Positions 25,547 to 34,734 of a stretch of DNA of 64,000 nt are shown in pieces (the first letter of the stretch is position 1; the number at the start of each line of letters is the position of its first letter). Location: the NCBI GenBank assembly GCA_041674405.1, contig JBAYVT010000005.1, positions 77,047 through 141,046 of the forward strand, written 5' to 3'. A program made the translations under genes and the position numbers. The notes under the pieces are model-generated. The model was not told the origin of the DNA, did not search any database, and saw nothing but the letters and a program-made list of their open reading frames with translations. This DNA comes from Patescibacteria group bacterium. GTDB lineage: Bacteria > Patescibacteriota > UBA1384 > XYA2-FULL-43-10.

Positions 25547-25702
25547 AAGATATTAATTTGTAGGCTCCTCGACAAGACCCAACGGGTAGCCATTGGCTCC
25601 TTCGGCTCGGGTCTCGGAGTCATTCGACTCATATGTTTTACTGTGAGCATGTCGCTTTATTGAATGGTTTACCATGAGCGAGGAAAGGAATGACGGGTCG
25701 AA

Positions 25703-25780
25703 TGGAGCCGTTGAGCGGACTTATTCCCTCGACCTACTCCTTACCATGCCTGTCCGCCTCTGGCGGAGAGTTGCCCCCAC
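25703..25780 (-). pseudogene. Degenerate tRNA-Thr(GGU)-like copy (pseudo-tRNA) fused to a structured trailer
   Basis: The sense strand retains ...CATGGTAAGG...AGGTCGAGGG...GGCTCCA, colinear with the adjacent tRNA-Thr(GGU), but the acceptor, anticodon and T stems no longer pair. Confidence 0.45.
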
Positions 25781-25783
25781 CGA

Positions 25784-25859
25784 TGGAGCCGACATCGGGA
25801 ATCGGACCCGAGACCTCATCCTTACCATGGATGCGCTCTACCAACTGAGCTATATCGGC
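25784..25859 (-). tRNA. tRNA-Thr (anticodon GGU)
   Basis: Sense GCCGATA-TA-GCTC-AGTTGGTA-GAGC-G-CATCC-ATGGTAA-GGATG-AGGTC-TCGGG-TCCGATT-CCCGA-TGTCGGC-T-CCA. Confidence 0.8.
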
Positions 25860-25980
25860 ATACATCGGCCGGGGTAAATCTACCAAACCCTAAGGGTCCC
25901 CTTTGGGGCTGAGCCACAACGGCACAATAAATACAAAAATAACATTGAAATTATACCGCAAAATCCTCTCTTTGGCAACC

Positions 25981-26733
25981 TTACACTCCCCTGTACGCCT
26001 GAGAGTGAGCTCTCTGCTTTTCCTCCGCCTCCATGGCAAGTTTTTTATACTCTAAATTGTCAATGTCAAGCGACGCAGCACGCTTCAGCGCTTTTGCTGC
26101 TTTCGCAAATTGCCTCACTTCCATATAGGCCTTGCCAAGGCCAGCTTGCCATTCGGCATTATTACGATCGTAATTGACCGCTTTTTGAAAATTTTCTATT
26201 GCATCAGTATATTTTTCATCTTTATAATAAATTTCGCCCAAGATCGCGTAAGCAAATCCGTTATCGGCATTGCATTTAAGCGCGGTTGTGGCAGCTTCTT
26301 TTGCCTCTTCATAATTTTGTTTTAATAATGCAACCTTGCCCACAAAAACATATGCTTGGTCACATTTTTTATCTTTGCCGATCGCATCGATCGCCTTTTC
26401 TTCGGCTAATTTAAGGTCGCCTGCCCTAAAGGCATCATCTGATTCATGGAGCATTTGCGCAACCTCAGGGTCTTCCACAAAATACGTGGCTTGCGCATCC
26501 TCGATTTCTTTTGGTGAGATGATATCACGCTGGCCAGAAATAATTGCTTCTTCAATACCTTTTTCAGCCTTCTCGCGCCTTTTTGACAAGATTTTTTTTA
26601 AAAAATTCATATTAATTCCTTTTGTCGAGTTATCTTTGGCAATATAAATAGATTCATTTCCTGTTTTTGAATAATTTCTAAGAACAAGAATTAATACTAT
26701 GGTAACGCAAATTATTATGCCCAACTCTAACAA
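25981..26733 (-). CDS. TPR-repeat membrane-anchored protein
   Basis: 250 aa with an N-terminal TM helix and several TPR-like repeats (AEWQAGLGKAYMEVRQFAKAAKALKRA...). Confidence 0.6.
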   Translation of the reverse strand: MLELGIIICVTIVLILVLRNYSKTGNESIYIAKDNSTKGINMNFLKKILSKRREKAEKGIEEAIISGQRDIISPKEIEDAQATYFVEDPEVAQMLHESDDAFRAGDLKLAEEKAIDAIGKDKKCDQAYVFVGKVALLKQNYEEAKEAATTALKCNADNGFAYAILGEIYYKDEKYTDAIENFQKAVNYDRNNAEWQAGLGKAYMEVRQFAKAAKALKRAASLDIDNLEYKKLAMEAEEKQRAHSQAYRGV

Positions 26734-27536
26734 CTTACCTCCACAATTCCCCCATCCTCATCAAGTTTAACTGAAACACAATTTTTGAAAATATTTTGGC
26801 TAATCACCTTCCCTTTACCCTTTGATGTTTTTAATTCATCGCCGATAGCCGGCATCTTCGCTTTTATTTTTTTGTATTCTGGTAGTTCATATTTAAGGCA
26901 ACACATTAGCTTACCACAATTTCCAGTTACTCTATTTGATCCCATTTGTGCCAAACTCTGTTCGTAAGCCATGTCTAGTGTCACACTTTCCAAATTGCCT
27001 TTAAGAAAACGTTTACAGCAAAGCTGTTGGCCACATCTGCCAACTCCGCCAATATGCCTCGCTTCATCCCTGGCACCCACCTGCTGAAGGCGAATGATTT
27101 TTTTGAAAGTATGCGCAAGATCAGAAACTAGCATTCGAAAATCTACTCGGCTTGGTGCAGAAAAATAAAAGGTAAGCTTTTTCTCGTCATACGAAAGGTC
27201 AGCATCCAAAAGAACCATTGGCAATTTGAATTTGTCAATTTTGTCTTGGCATTCAACAATATATGATTTTGCTTCCTTGGAAAGTGCAGTAATTTTCTCT
27301 CTATCAGCATCGCTTAATTTCCGTATAAAGATCAGCTCGCCCAGATTATCCTTTTTTGTCCCGGTCTCATCCCCGGACTCGTTTTCCAAACTAATTTCCG
27401 AAGGAATAATAAATCCTAGTTCCGTGCACTGGTCAGACTCGACCAATATATTGTCGCCAATTTTTAGTTTATGTGCTCCGGCATCTACTTGATAGAACTG
27501 CCCGTCGCTTTTAAGCTTAACCGAATATTTTGCCAT
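26727..27536 (-). CDS. ricT: PSP1 C-terminal domain protein (RicT/YaaT-like)
   Basis: 269 aa. PSP1 signature GGVGRCGQQLCCKRFL...CGKLMCCLKYE. Immediately downstream of holB as in the Firmicutes holB-yaaT synteny. Confidence 0.7.
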   Translation of the reverse strand: MAKYSVKLKSDGQFYQVDAGAHKLKIGDNILVESDQCTELGFIIPSEISLENESGDETGTKKDNLGELIFIRKLSDADREKITALSKEAKSYIVECQDKIDKFKLPMVLLDADLSYDEKKLTFYFSAPSRVDFRMLVSDLAHTFKKIIRLQQVGARDEARHIGGVGRCGQQLCCKRFLKGNLESVTLDMAYEQSLAQMGSNRVTGNCGKLMCCLKYELPEYKKIKAKMPAIGDELKTSKGKGKVISQNIFKNCVSVKLDEDGGIVEVSC

Positions 27537-27537
27537 T

Positions 27538-28254
27538 TTATTTCCTTATCAATTTGCGGTTTTTTAAAACCAATGTTTCGATTGCCAATTTCGGATTAGC
27601 ATTGCTTTTTATCTGACTTTTCACCTTCTCTGTTTCTTTCAATAATCTGGCAGCATCAGCAGTTTTTAAAGACAGAAGTTTCTCTCTTGCAAAGTATTCT
27701 AAAGTATATATCAATTCATCAATTTTTTCATCCTTGATATATAATTCAATTGTATCCGAAACATCTTTGAAATTCCCTTTCAGTTTTTGGGCCAACTCGC
27801 CATCATAGCTTGAACTGCCGCCCCCGGAAACTTGAAAGTTTTTAACCATGCAGCGAGAGACGATTGTCGGGAGCAAAGCTCGCAAGAAGGCAAATAATAT
27901 TATTACAGCGTCTTTCGGCGGCTCTTCAAGCGTTTTTAAAAACGCATTTGCTGATTCTTTGTTGAAAGTTTCAGCGCAAATAACCGCCGCAATTTTTGCC
28001 TTGCCCTCAGGTGAAAGATTCAAAAAATGAATTAATTCTCTAACCTGTTTGATCGAAATAATATTTTTTTTACCAAGTGACTCTTCTGGCCGGATAAGTA
28101 GAATATCAGAAATTCCCGGCCTAAGAGTATCTGAAAAATATTTCAATATATCTTCAATTTGGCCTTGCGATGTAACATAAAATAGATAGGAAGACGCTTT
28201 TTTGGGCTTACCGATCCCCGCAGCAATTTTTTCAATAAAATTTACACCTTCCAT
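27538..28254 (-). CDS. holB: DNA polymerase III delta' subunit
   Basis: 238 aa. AAA+-like N-terminus and the diagnostic LKTLEEPP motif. Confidence 0.75.
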   Translation of the reverse strand: MEGVNFIEKIAAGIGKPKKASSYLFYVTSQGQIEDILKYFSDTLRPGISDILLIRPEESLGKKNIISIKQVRELIHFLNLSPEGKAKIAAVICAETFNKESANAFLKTLEEPPKDAVIILFAFLRALLPTIVSRCMVKNFQVSGGGSSSYDGELAQKLKGNFKDVSDTIELYIKDEKIDELIYTLEYFAREKLLSLKTADAARLLKETEKVKSQIKSNANPKLAIETLVLKNRKLIRK

Positions 28255-28446
28255 TAATTTTTACACTAGCAAATTAAGGCAGGTTTCGCAATGGACAAGA
28301 GATCGTTATCTTGATAATATCGAGATAACATAAATTACGAATTTCAAATTTTCAAATTCTAAAATTTTTGGGAAATTGATCATTGATGTTCGAAAATAAT
28401 TCAGGATGATGAGTTTAGAATTTAGGATTTTTCTCAGAAGGAGAAT

Positions 28447-28788
28447 ATGTCTGGCTCAAAAGTGAAAGAATCAGATCTTTCCGATCGCACACTGATGTGT
28501 AAAGATTGCGGAGATAAATTTATTTGGACTGCTGGCGAGCAGAAATTTTTTCTTGATAAGGGCTTGCAGAACATACCAAAGCGCTGTAAACCATGCACTG
28601 CGTTATACAAAGCGAAACTTCGGGAAAAGAAACCGATGTTCTGGATTCAGTGCAAAGATTGCCGGAAAAAATCCGAGGTTCCTTTCGAACCTCAAACTGA
28701 AGATGTATTGTGTGAAAAATGCTTTGAAAAAGAAATAGAGAAGCGCAACGAAGCCATAACCGCTCTTGGTGAGCAAATTCCAGAATAA
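28447..28788 (+). CDS. Zinc-ribbon protein of the zf-trcl type (probable nucleic-acid binding)
   Basis: 113 aa. CKDCGDKFIWTAGEQKFFLDKGLQNIPKRCKPC matches the Cx2C...EQxFF...PKRCx2C pattern; a second, partial copy follows. Strong SD AGAAGGAGAAT. Confidence 0.55.
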   Translation: MSGSKVKESDLSDRTLMCKDCGDKFIWTAGEQKFFLDKGLQNIPKRCKPCTALYKAKLREKKPMFWIQCKDCRKKSEVPFEPQTEDVLCEKCFEKEIEKRNEAITALGEQIPE

Positions 28789-28974
28789 AAGCAAAATTAA
28801 TTATACAATTAAATTTATAATATTTAATGAGAGATAATCCAAAAAATTATTTCTCGTTTTTTTCATTCTTATTATCAATCAAAACGTAACAATTTTACCG
28901 CGACCGCGAATAAAGTGTTACAATTTCATTTGAAAAAAATATTAAAATATAATTTCAAATTTAAAAAAATAGCA

Positions 28975-29012
28975 AAAAAATCACCTTGAATTTCATGGTG
29001 ATTTTTTTATAT
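28975..29012. terminator. Bidirectional intrinsic terminator downstream of rpmB
   Basis: AAAAAAATCACC-ttgaatttca-GGTGATTTTTTTAT. Confidence 0.7.
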
Positions 29013-29041
29013 AAATTCTCACTTGTCTTAAAATAAACCTG

Positions 29042-29224
29042 CTAATCCTGCTTTTTACCTTTCGATTTCTCCGGTTTATCCATTGTTCGCAAACAGGAGG
29101 TGCACAGAACCACGCCATTGACTTTTTGCAAGTTTGGCTTGAATTTTCTTTTGGTATGAACTTGTGAGTGTGAGACATTGGAGCCAGAGACAGCGCCTTT
29201 GCCGCAAATTGAACACTTAGCCAT
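29042..29224 (-). CDS. rpmB: 50S ribosomal protein L28
   Basis: 60 aa. [35 protein letters not shown] fits the L28 consensus (MAKxCxxCGKxxxxGNNVSHS..K..FxPNLQ). SD AGAGGA. Confidence 0.85.
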   Translation of the reverse strand: MAKCSICGKGAVSGSNVSHSQVHTKRKFKPNLQKVNGVVLCTSCLRTMDKPEKSKGKKQD

Positions 29225-29232
29225 TTGAAATC

Positions 29233-29267
29233 CTCTTATCTTGAACGAACATATTTTGTTCGCTATA
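29233..29267 (+). promoter_or_regulatory. Sigma70-type promoter for the site-2 protease gene
   Basis: TTGAAC, 17 nt, TATAAT. It overlaps the CGAACA/TGTTCG inverted repeat. Confidence 0.5.
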
Positions 29268-29432
29268 ATTTTAACTACTAGATATTAGCATAATCTTGAA
29301 AGCATTTCAAGATTATGAAACTAATAACTAAAAGCTTTGAACGAAAAATCTAAAGGAAAATTTCAATTGGTTATTAGTTATTAGATATTAGCCCCAACGG
29401 GGCCCCTTCGGGGTTATTAGTTATTTAAAAAT

Positions 29433-30080
29433 ATGCTCATCATAAATCTTCTACAGAACCCCTTTGCTTTTATAGCCTTCATCGTCGGGCTAATTTTTGC
29501 AATTACGGTCCATGAATACGCTCACGCATGGATTGCCTACAGAAACGGCGATCCAACTGCCCAAATGAATGGCCGCTTAACATTAAATCCATTTGCCCAC
29601 CTGGACCCACTTGGTACTTTGTTTCTTTTTCTTGTTGGATTTGGCTGGGGTAAACCGGTCCCAATCAATCCGACTTTTTTTCACCACAAATCAGATGAGC
29701 TCAAGGTTGCAATCGCAGGAATTGCAGCCAATATTATTCTAGCGTTTATATTAGGAATCCCCATCCGCATAGCCCTTCTTGCCGGACACTCGATCGACTC
29801 AAATATTGTTCTCTCGTTTTTAAGTATTTTAGTGCAAATCAATTTGATTCTGGCCGCATTTAACATTTTGCCGATTTTTCCACTCGATGGCTCTCATTTT
29901 GTCGAATATTTTCTTGATAATTACAGCAGAGTGAAATTTCAGCAATACGGGCCGTTTATTCTTCTGTTTCTTTTGATTCTTGATAGGGTATCTAGCTTTT
30001 CAATCATCACAGCTGTTATGGAGCCGATTATTCGGGTTCTCTCATCACTTGTGATTGGCACATACTCAATATTTTTATAA
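29433..30080 (+). CDS. Site-2 protease family zinc metalloprotease (peptidase M50)
   Basis: 215 aa polytopic membrane protein. The HExxH motif (HEYAHAW) lies in the first TM region. Confidence 0.7.
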   Translation: MLIINLLQNPFAFIAFIVGLIFAITVHEYAHAWIAYRNGDPTAQMNGRLTLNPFAHLDPLGTLFLFLVGFGWGKPVPINPTFFHHKSDELKVAIAGIAANIILAFILGIPIRIALLAGHSIDSNIVLSFLSILVQINLILAAFNILPIFPLDGSHFVEYFLDNYSRVKFQQYGPFILLFLLILDRVSSFSIITAVMEPIIRVLSSLVIGTYSIFL

Positions 30081-30298
30081 TGAACTTAACAATACCCCTA
30101 GCATCTGGTAGAATCAGATTGGTTCTGTCGAATCTTAAAATTGGCTAACAATTTACACATTGGAATCCCGATCAGTCGGGATTACTCTGCTTTCGCGGAG
30201 TAAGATCAAAATTTGATTCGGCCGTGGCCGAAGCGTGAGATCATCCACATACTCATTCCAACCAATTTATAAGTATCGACAGAACTTTATTAATTTTC

Positions 30299-30374
30299 GG
30301 GGTATAGCGTAGTTGGTAGCGCGCAGGGCTGGGGGTCCTGAGGTCGCCGGTTCGAGTCCGGCTACCCCGACCAA
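30299..30374 (+). tRNA. tRNA-Pro (anticodon GGG)
   Basis: CGGGGTA-TA-GCGT-AGTTGGTA-GCGC-G-CAGGG-CTGGGGG-TCCTG-AGGTC-GCCGG-TTCGAGT-CCGGC-TACCCCG-A-CCA. Confidence 0.8.
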
Positions 30375-30377
30375 AAA

Positions 30378-30737
30378 ATGAACGAGAATTTCAATAAAAC
30401 CAGAAATGTAATCCCGATGTCTCCTGAGTTAGTAGACCTTATTTTGTCAGGCGAAAAAATCAAAACGTATAGATTTGGCCACAAGTATGATCATCTGAAG
30501 GTTGGAGATAGGGTTAAAATTACGAATTCACAATCAAATGAGCTCATCACAAATGCAATAATCATAGATAAATTTTATCAAGACTTTAAAGACCTACCGA
30601 TTGATATTCCTGGCCATGAACCTTATCAAAACAAAGAACATCAGAGACAGATATTCAATGGGTATTATAAATATTTAGACAGACCGATACGCGACGATGA
30701 TAAATTCATTGTGTTTGAATTTAAATTGTTAAATTAA
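30378..30737 (+). CDS. ASCH (PUA-like) domain protein; the real start may be the internal Met at about 30417
   Basis: 119 aa. MSPELVDLILSGEKIKTYRFGHKY... is typical of ASCH. The first ATG lies only 3 nt after the tRNA-Pro CCA. Confidence 0.6.
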   Translation: MNENFNKTRNVIPMSPELVDLILSGEKIKTYRFGHKYDHLKVGDRVKITNSQSNELITNAIIIDKFYQDFKDLPIDIPGHEPYQNKEHQRQIFNGYYKYLDRPIRDDDKFIVFEFKLLN

Positions 30738-30803
30738 GATCAATTTGTCTTTTTTTTCTGATATTTGCTAAAATGTAGCCATACAATTTAAAAGTGAATC
30801 TTT

Positions 30804-32975
30804 ATGTCTAAGAATCCTGTTTGGATTAGGCCGGCATTTTTGGCCACAAGAGAAAAACTTGAGGATAGGTTTGTTTACGTTGGAAAAATCGCTAAAGAAG
30901 GGCAACCTTCCGTTTTTATGTTCTATTTGATAGAGATTCTGTCCCCCTGGCATCCATCTACGAAAGTTGAAGAAGTCATCACGAAAGCTTTGGCTAACGA
31001 GTATTCTCGAAAAGATGCGTACACACTTGAAGATTTTGAAGAAACCCTAAAAGTGGTCAATGAAAAACTCGGCGCCCTTTCACAAGATGGAGACAATGAC
31101 TGGATCGGAAACTTAAACTCAATTGTCGGTCTCGTGGAAGCAGGTAATCTTCACATTTCTGTTTGCGGAAACATTCTAGGTTATCTCCTGCGAAAAGGAA
31201 AAATATCGTCTGTGACAGAGGGTTTATCCGCAGAAGAAGATCACCCTTTGAAAACCTTTGTGAACATAACATCCGGAGCAATGGGAGAGAATGACAGAGT
31301 AATCATCGGCAATATTAATTTTTTTGATGTACTTTCAATTGATCGCCTCAAAAAACTGACATGCGAAACTAGCGCAAAAGAGGCGATGTTTGAAATACAT
31401 CGCACCCTTCGCCGCTCCAAGATCGATAAAACTAGTTGTATTATTTTAGATTGTGTCGAAGCCGAATTTAAAGAAACAGACAAAGAAAAAGAGCTGCCTG
31501 AAATGTTTTTTCTAGACCAATCTTCCGATACCGGGTTCTCAAAATTCATGAAAAAGGCTTCTCCGGTCGCCAAATCTGGAGCAAACTCAGCCAAAAAGGG
31601 ATTGGTTAAATTTTTTCACTTTTCAAAAAAGGCTGCGGCAGGCGCCCACAAAAAATGGAAGGAGAGTTATGGGCCCAAAACTAAGGAAATATTTGCAAAA
31701 GGCAAGAATAGCGCCGGTGCCGGAATTGCAAAAATTTCAAGCAGAATAAGAGACAATCAACAAGTTAAATATATGGGCGTTAAAGTAAGGCCTTATTCCA
31801 AACGGCCCAAGGGAACATTATCTAGAATTATGGGTTCTGTCTTGAGTGCAATTTATATGATCTCTGAAAAGAAAAACCGCCGATATTTATACGTTGGTCT
31901 CGCAATCATCCTTGTACTTATCGGCTATATGAAAATTCGGGCAAATAATGCAAACCGTGTGGCATTAAATACAGAAAGAGAAATTACCGAGAGTTATACC
32001 CAAGCTGTTGATTTATTCAATCAAGCAAAAGATGATCTTTCGCTTGGCAAACCCAATGCCAAAGATGAGTTCGCATCGGCACTTGATTTAGCAATCAAGG
32101 CCCAAGGAAGCGAAGCCACGAAAAACGAGGCGATCGTTCTTGCAAACGAAATTACCGATAAACTCGATGGGCTTATCTCTGCTACCCGATTTAGAAATTT
32201 AAGTCCCCTATTTTCAGTCAATGGCAATGTTGCCCATAGCGCTTTAGTCGGTACAACCATATATTCCATTACCGACACTGGCCGAATTTATGCGACAGAT
32301 ACCAAAGACCAATCACCAAAATTAGTGGCTTCTGTTCCATCAGATGCGGGAAATATAATTTCTAGTACCTTTGCTGATTCCCAGAATATACTTTTCTTTT
32401 TAACGGATAAGGACAAAATTCTTTCCTTGGACATCGATAATAATACCATTGGCTCTCCATCTCTTGCTTCAGGCGCCTCCTGGGAAACATCGGCGGCAAT
32501 CGGTGCATATGTTTCAAATCTTTATTTGTTGGATGCAGAGAGTGGCACAATATGGAAGCATATCGAAAGCAACAATGCTTTTGGAAAAGGCTCTTCTTAC
32601 GCCCCAACCAAAGATATTGACCTCAAGGGGGCAATCGATATCACAATTGATGGTAACATTTATATCCTAAAATCTGATTCAAGCATTGCAAAATTTGTTA
32701 AAGGTTCATATGACAGCTCTTTTTCAGTAAAAGCTTTGCCCTCGCCTTTTGATAAGATTGAAAAACCCGCAGGTATTTTTACTGATTCAGATACTAACTA
32801 CATCTATGTTCTAGACAAAGGACAAAACAGGATTATCCGATTTGATAAAACAGGCACTTTTGTAAATCAATATTTCTTCGATGGTGCAACAATAGATCAG
32901 TTTTTTATAAATCCACGAATCCAAAAAATGTGGGTTTTCTCAGGCAATAGTGTTTATGAGATAAATGTTCAATAG
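30804..32975 (+). CDS. Large bitopic protein: possible degenerate PP2C-like cytoplasmic N-terminus, one TM helix, C-terminal beta-propeller-like (NHL-type) repeats
   Basis: 723 aa with a TM helix at about aa 360 (YLYVGLAIILVLIGYM). The C-terminus has repeated ...YIYVLDKGQNRIIRFDKTG... units. Confidence 0.4.
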   Translation: MSKNPVWIRPAFLATREKLEDRFVYVGKIAKEGQPSVFMFYLIEILSPWHPSTKVEEVITKALANEYSRKDAYTLEDFEETLKVVNEKLGALSQDGDNDWIGNLNSIVGLVEAGNLHISVCGNILGYLLRKGKISSVTEGLSAEEDHPLKTFVNITSGAMGENDRVIIGNINFFDVLSIDRLKKLTCETSAKEAMFEIHRTLRRSKIDKTSCIILDCVEAEFKETDKEKELPEMFFLDQSSDTGFSKFMKKASPVAKSGANSAKKGLVKFFHFSKKAAAGAHKKWKESYGPKTKEIFAKGKNSAGAGIAKISSRIRDNQQVKYMGVKVRPYSKRPKGTLSRIMGSVLSAIYMISEKKNRRYLYVGLAIILVLIGYMKIRANNANRVALNTEREITESYTQAVDLFNQAKDDLSLGKPNAKDEFASALDLAIKAQGSEATKNEAIVLANEITDKLDGLISATRFRNLSPLFSVNGNVAHSALVGTTIYSITDTGRIYATDTKDQSPKLVASVPSDAGNIISSTFADSQNILFFLTDKDKILSLDIDNNTIGSPSLASGASWETSAAIGAYVSNLYLLDAESGTIWKHIESNNAFGKGSSYAPTKDIDLKGAIDITIDGNIYILKSDSSIAKFVKGSYDSSFSVKALPSPFDKIEKPAGIFTDSDTNYIYVLDKGQNRIIRFDKTGTFVNQYFFDGATIDQFFINPRIQKMWVFSGNSVYEINVQ

Positions 32976-33033
32976 TTTTTAGTTATTCGAAATTATTTTT
33001 TAGTTAACAAGGCACCGCAAGGTGCTTTTTACA

Positions 33034-34734
33034 TCACATTTTCTCCGGTGCTTCAATGTCACAGATTCTAAGGGAATTAGCGATGATTGTTCTTGCTGCA
33101 CGTACAAGTGAGAGCCGGGCAAGGGTTAATTTTTTATCATCGGACAGAACCTGGCAATTGGTATAAAATTCATGAAATAGCCCTGCAATTTTATAGGCAT
33201 AGTGGGGGAGCAACTGAATTTGAAAATCAGATATGATATTTGAAAGAATGTCCGGATATTTTACAAGCTCTTTTATGAGTTGGATTTCACTTTCGTCTTT
33301 TAATAAGGAAAAATCAAAGTCTCCATCACCGATCCCCTCTTCCTCTGCCTTTCTTAAAATGCTGGCAGTTCTGGCATGTGCATATTCAATATAAAATACT
33401 GGGTTTTTTTCTGAACGCTCTTTCGCAAGCTCAATATCAAAATCGATGGGGGTATTTGAATTCTGTGAAACAACGAAATATTTAAATGCATCAGCAGAAA
33501 CTCCAGCTTCAATCACTTGCCGCAAAGTAACAAAATTACCGAATCGCTTTCCCATTTTTACAATCTCGTCTCCGTTTTTAAGCCTGACATATTGGTATAA
33601 AATTACTTTTATTTTATCCTCGTCAATTCCAATCGCAGCCATCGCAGCCAAAAGGCGCGGGATATGTCCATGATGGTTCGACCCCCAGACATCAACTACA
33701 AGCCCGTTCCCCCGTTCAATCTTTTCCTTGTGATAGGCAATATCATCAGCAAAATATGTCAATGTCCCAGCTTCATCACTCTTTTTCAAAACCGATTCCC
33801 TGTCAGAAAGATCGGGATCAGCAGGATTTTTAAACCAAAGAGCTCCCTCTTTTTTGGCCGTAAAACCTTTTTCATTTAGTTCTTCGATTATTTTGTCTGA
33901 TTCTCCATTTTTTTCAATTTCACTCTGATAAAACCAGTGATCAAATTTGATGCCGAGTAGCTCGATATCAGCCTGAATCATTTCAATAATTTTTTTCAAA
34001 CCCTCTTTCTTGAAAAATTCAACAAATTCTTCCCTGTTTTGCATTTTAGCTAATTTTTCTTTTCGCTCTTCAAAAATATTTTTAGAAATTTCTTCGAGAT
34101 ATGCACCTGGATACCCTTTTTCTGGAAAATCTGCAGGAAATCCATTCGCTTTTTCATACCAATAATATATCGTCTCCGCGAGGCGGTTCACTTGGCCACC
34201 AATATCGTTTACATAAAATTCACGCTCAACTTTGTAACCAAAATTCTCAAAAATATTAGCAATCATTTCGCCAATAGGACCAGATCTTGCATTCCCAACA
34301 TGTAGAGGACCAGTCGGATTTGCGGAAATATATTCTACATTTACAGATTTGCCGCTGCCCTTTGTGCTCTTGCCATACCCACTTCCCTTGTTAAGTATTG
34401 CCTTAAATTCTGAAAGATAAAACTCTTTACTTAAATTGATATTTATAAATCCAGGGCCAGCAACTAAGGCATCCAAAATTAAATCATCGGGTTTAATACG
34501 ATCAGCGATTTCCTGTGCAACCTCCCGTGGATTTATCTTTCTCTGGTTGGCAATAATCATTGCAACATTACTGGCATAATCAGCGTTGGTCGCTGGCGGT
34601 GGTTCAGTAATATCAAAAGAAATTAGCTCTTTATAACCCGCAGCTTCCACAGCCTCAAAAATTTTTGATTTAAGCTTTTCAACAATCATAAAAATATCTT
34701 TCCCATCATTGCGAACCCCAAAGGGGCGCGACAA
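33034..34734 (-). CDS. argS: Arginine--tRNA ligase
   Basis: 566 aa. Class I HIGH-type motif (NPTGPLHVGNARSG) and a DALK-type anticodon-binding C-terminus. Confidence 0.85.
   Translation of the reverse strand: MSRPFGVRNDGKDIFMIVEKLKSKIFEAVEAAGYKELISFDITEPPPATNADYASNVAMIIANQRKINPREVAQEIADRIKPDDLILDALVAGPGFININLSKEFYLSEFKAILNKGSGYGKSTKGSGKSVNVEYISANPTGPLHVGNARSGPIGEMIANIFENFGYKVEREFYVNDIGGQVNRLAETIYYWYEKANGFPADFPEKGYPGAYLEEISKNIFEERKEKLAKMQNREEFVEFFKKEGLKKIIEMIQADIELLGIKFDHWFYQSEIEKNGESDKIIEELNEKGFTAKKEGALWFKNPADPDLSDRESVLKKSDEAGTLTYFADDIAYHKEKIERGNGLVVDVWGSNHHGHIPRLLAAMAAIGIDEDKIKVILYQYVRLKNGDEIVKMGKRFGNFVTLRQVIEAGVSADAFKYFVVSQNSNTPIDFDIELAKERSEKNPVFYIEYAHARTASILRKAEEEGIGDGDFDFSLLKDESEIQLIKELVKYPDILSNIISDFQIQLLPHYAYKIAGLFHEFYTNCQVLSDDKKLTLARLSLVRAARTIIANSLRICDIEAPEKM

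Noticed and set aside
29369-29390. TTATTAG tandem 7-mers and other short repeats as a possible CRISPR array
   Set aside because: The units are too short and lack spacer architecture. No cas genes or repeat-spacer arrays occur anywhere in the window.
30164-30232. Two hairpins in the 218-nt spacer before tRNA-Pro as a possible riboswitch or sRNA
   Set aside because: No conserved riboswitch core was recognised. They are most simply a terminator for the site-2 protease gene plus the tRNA promoter region.
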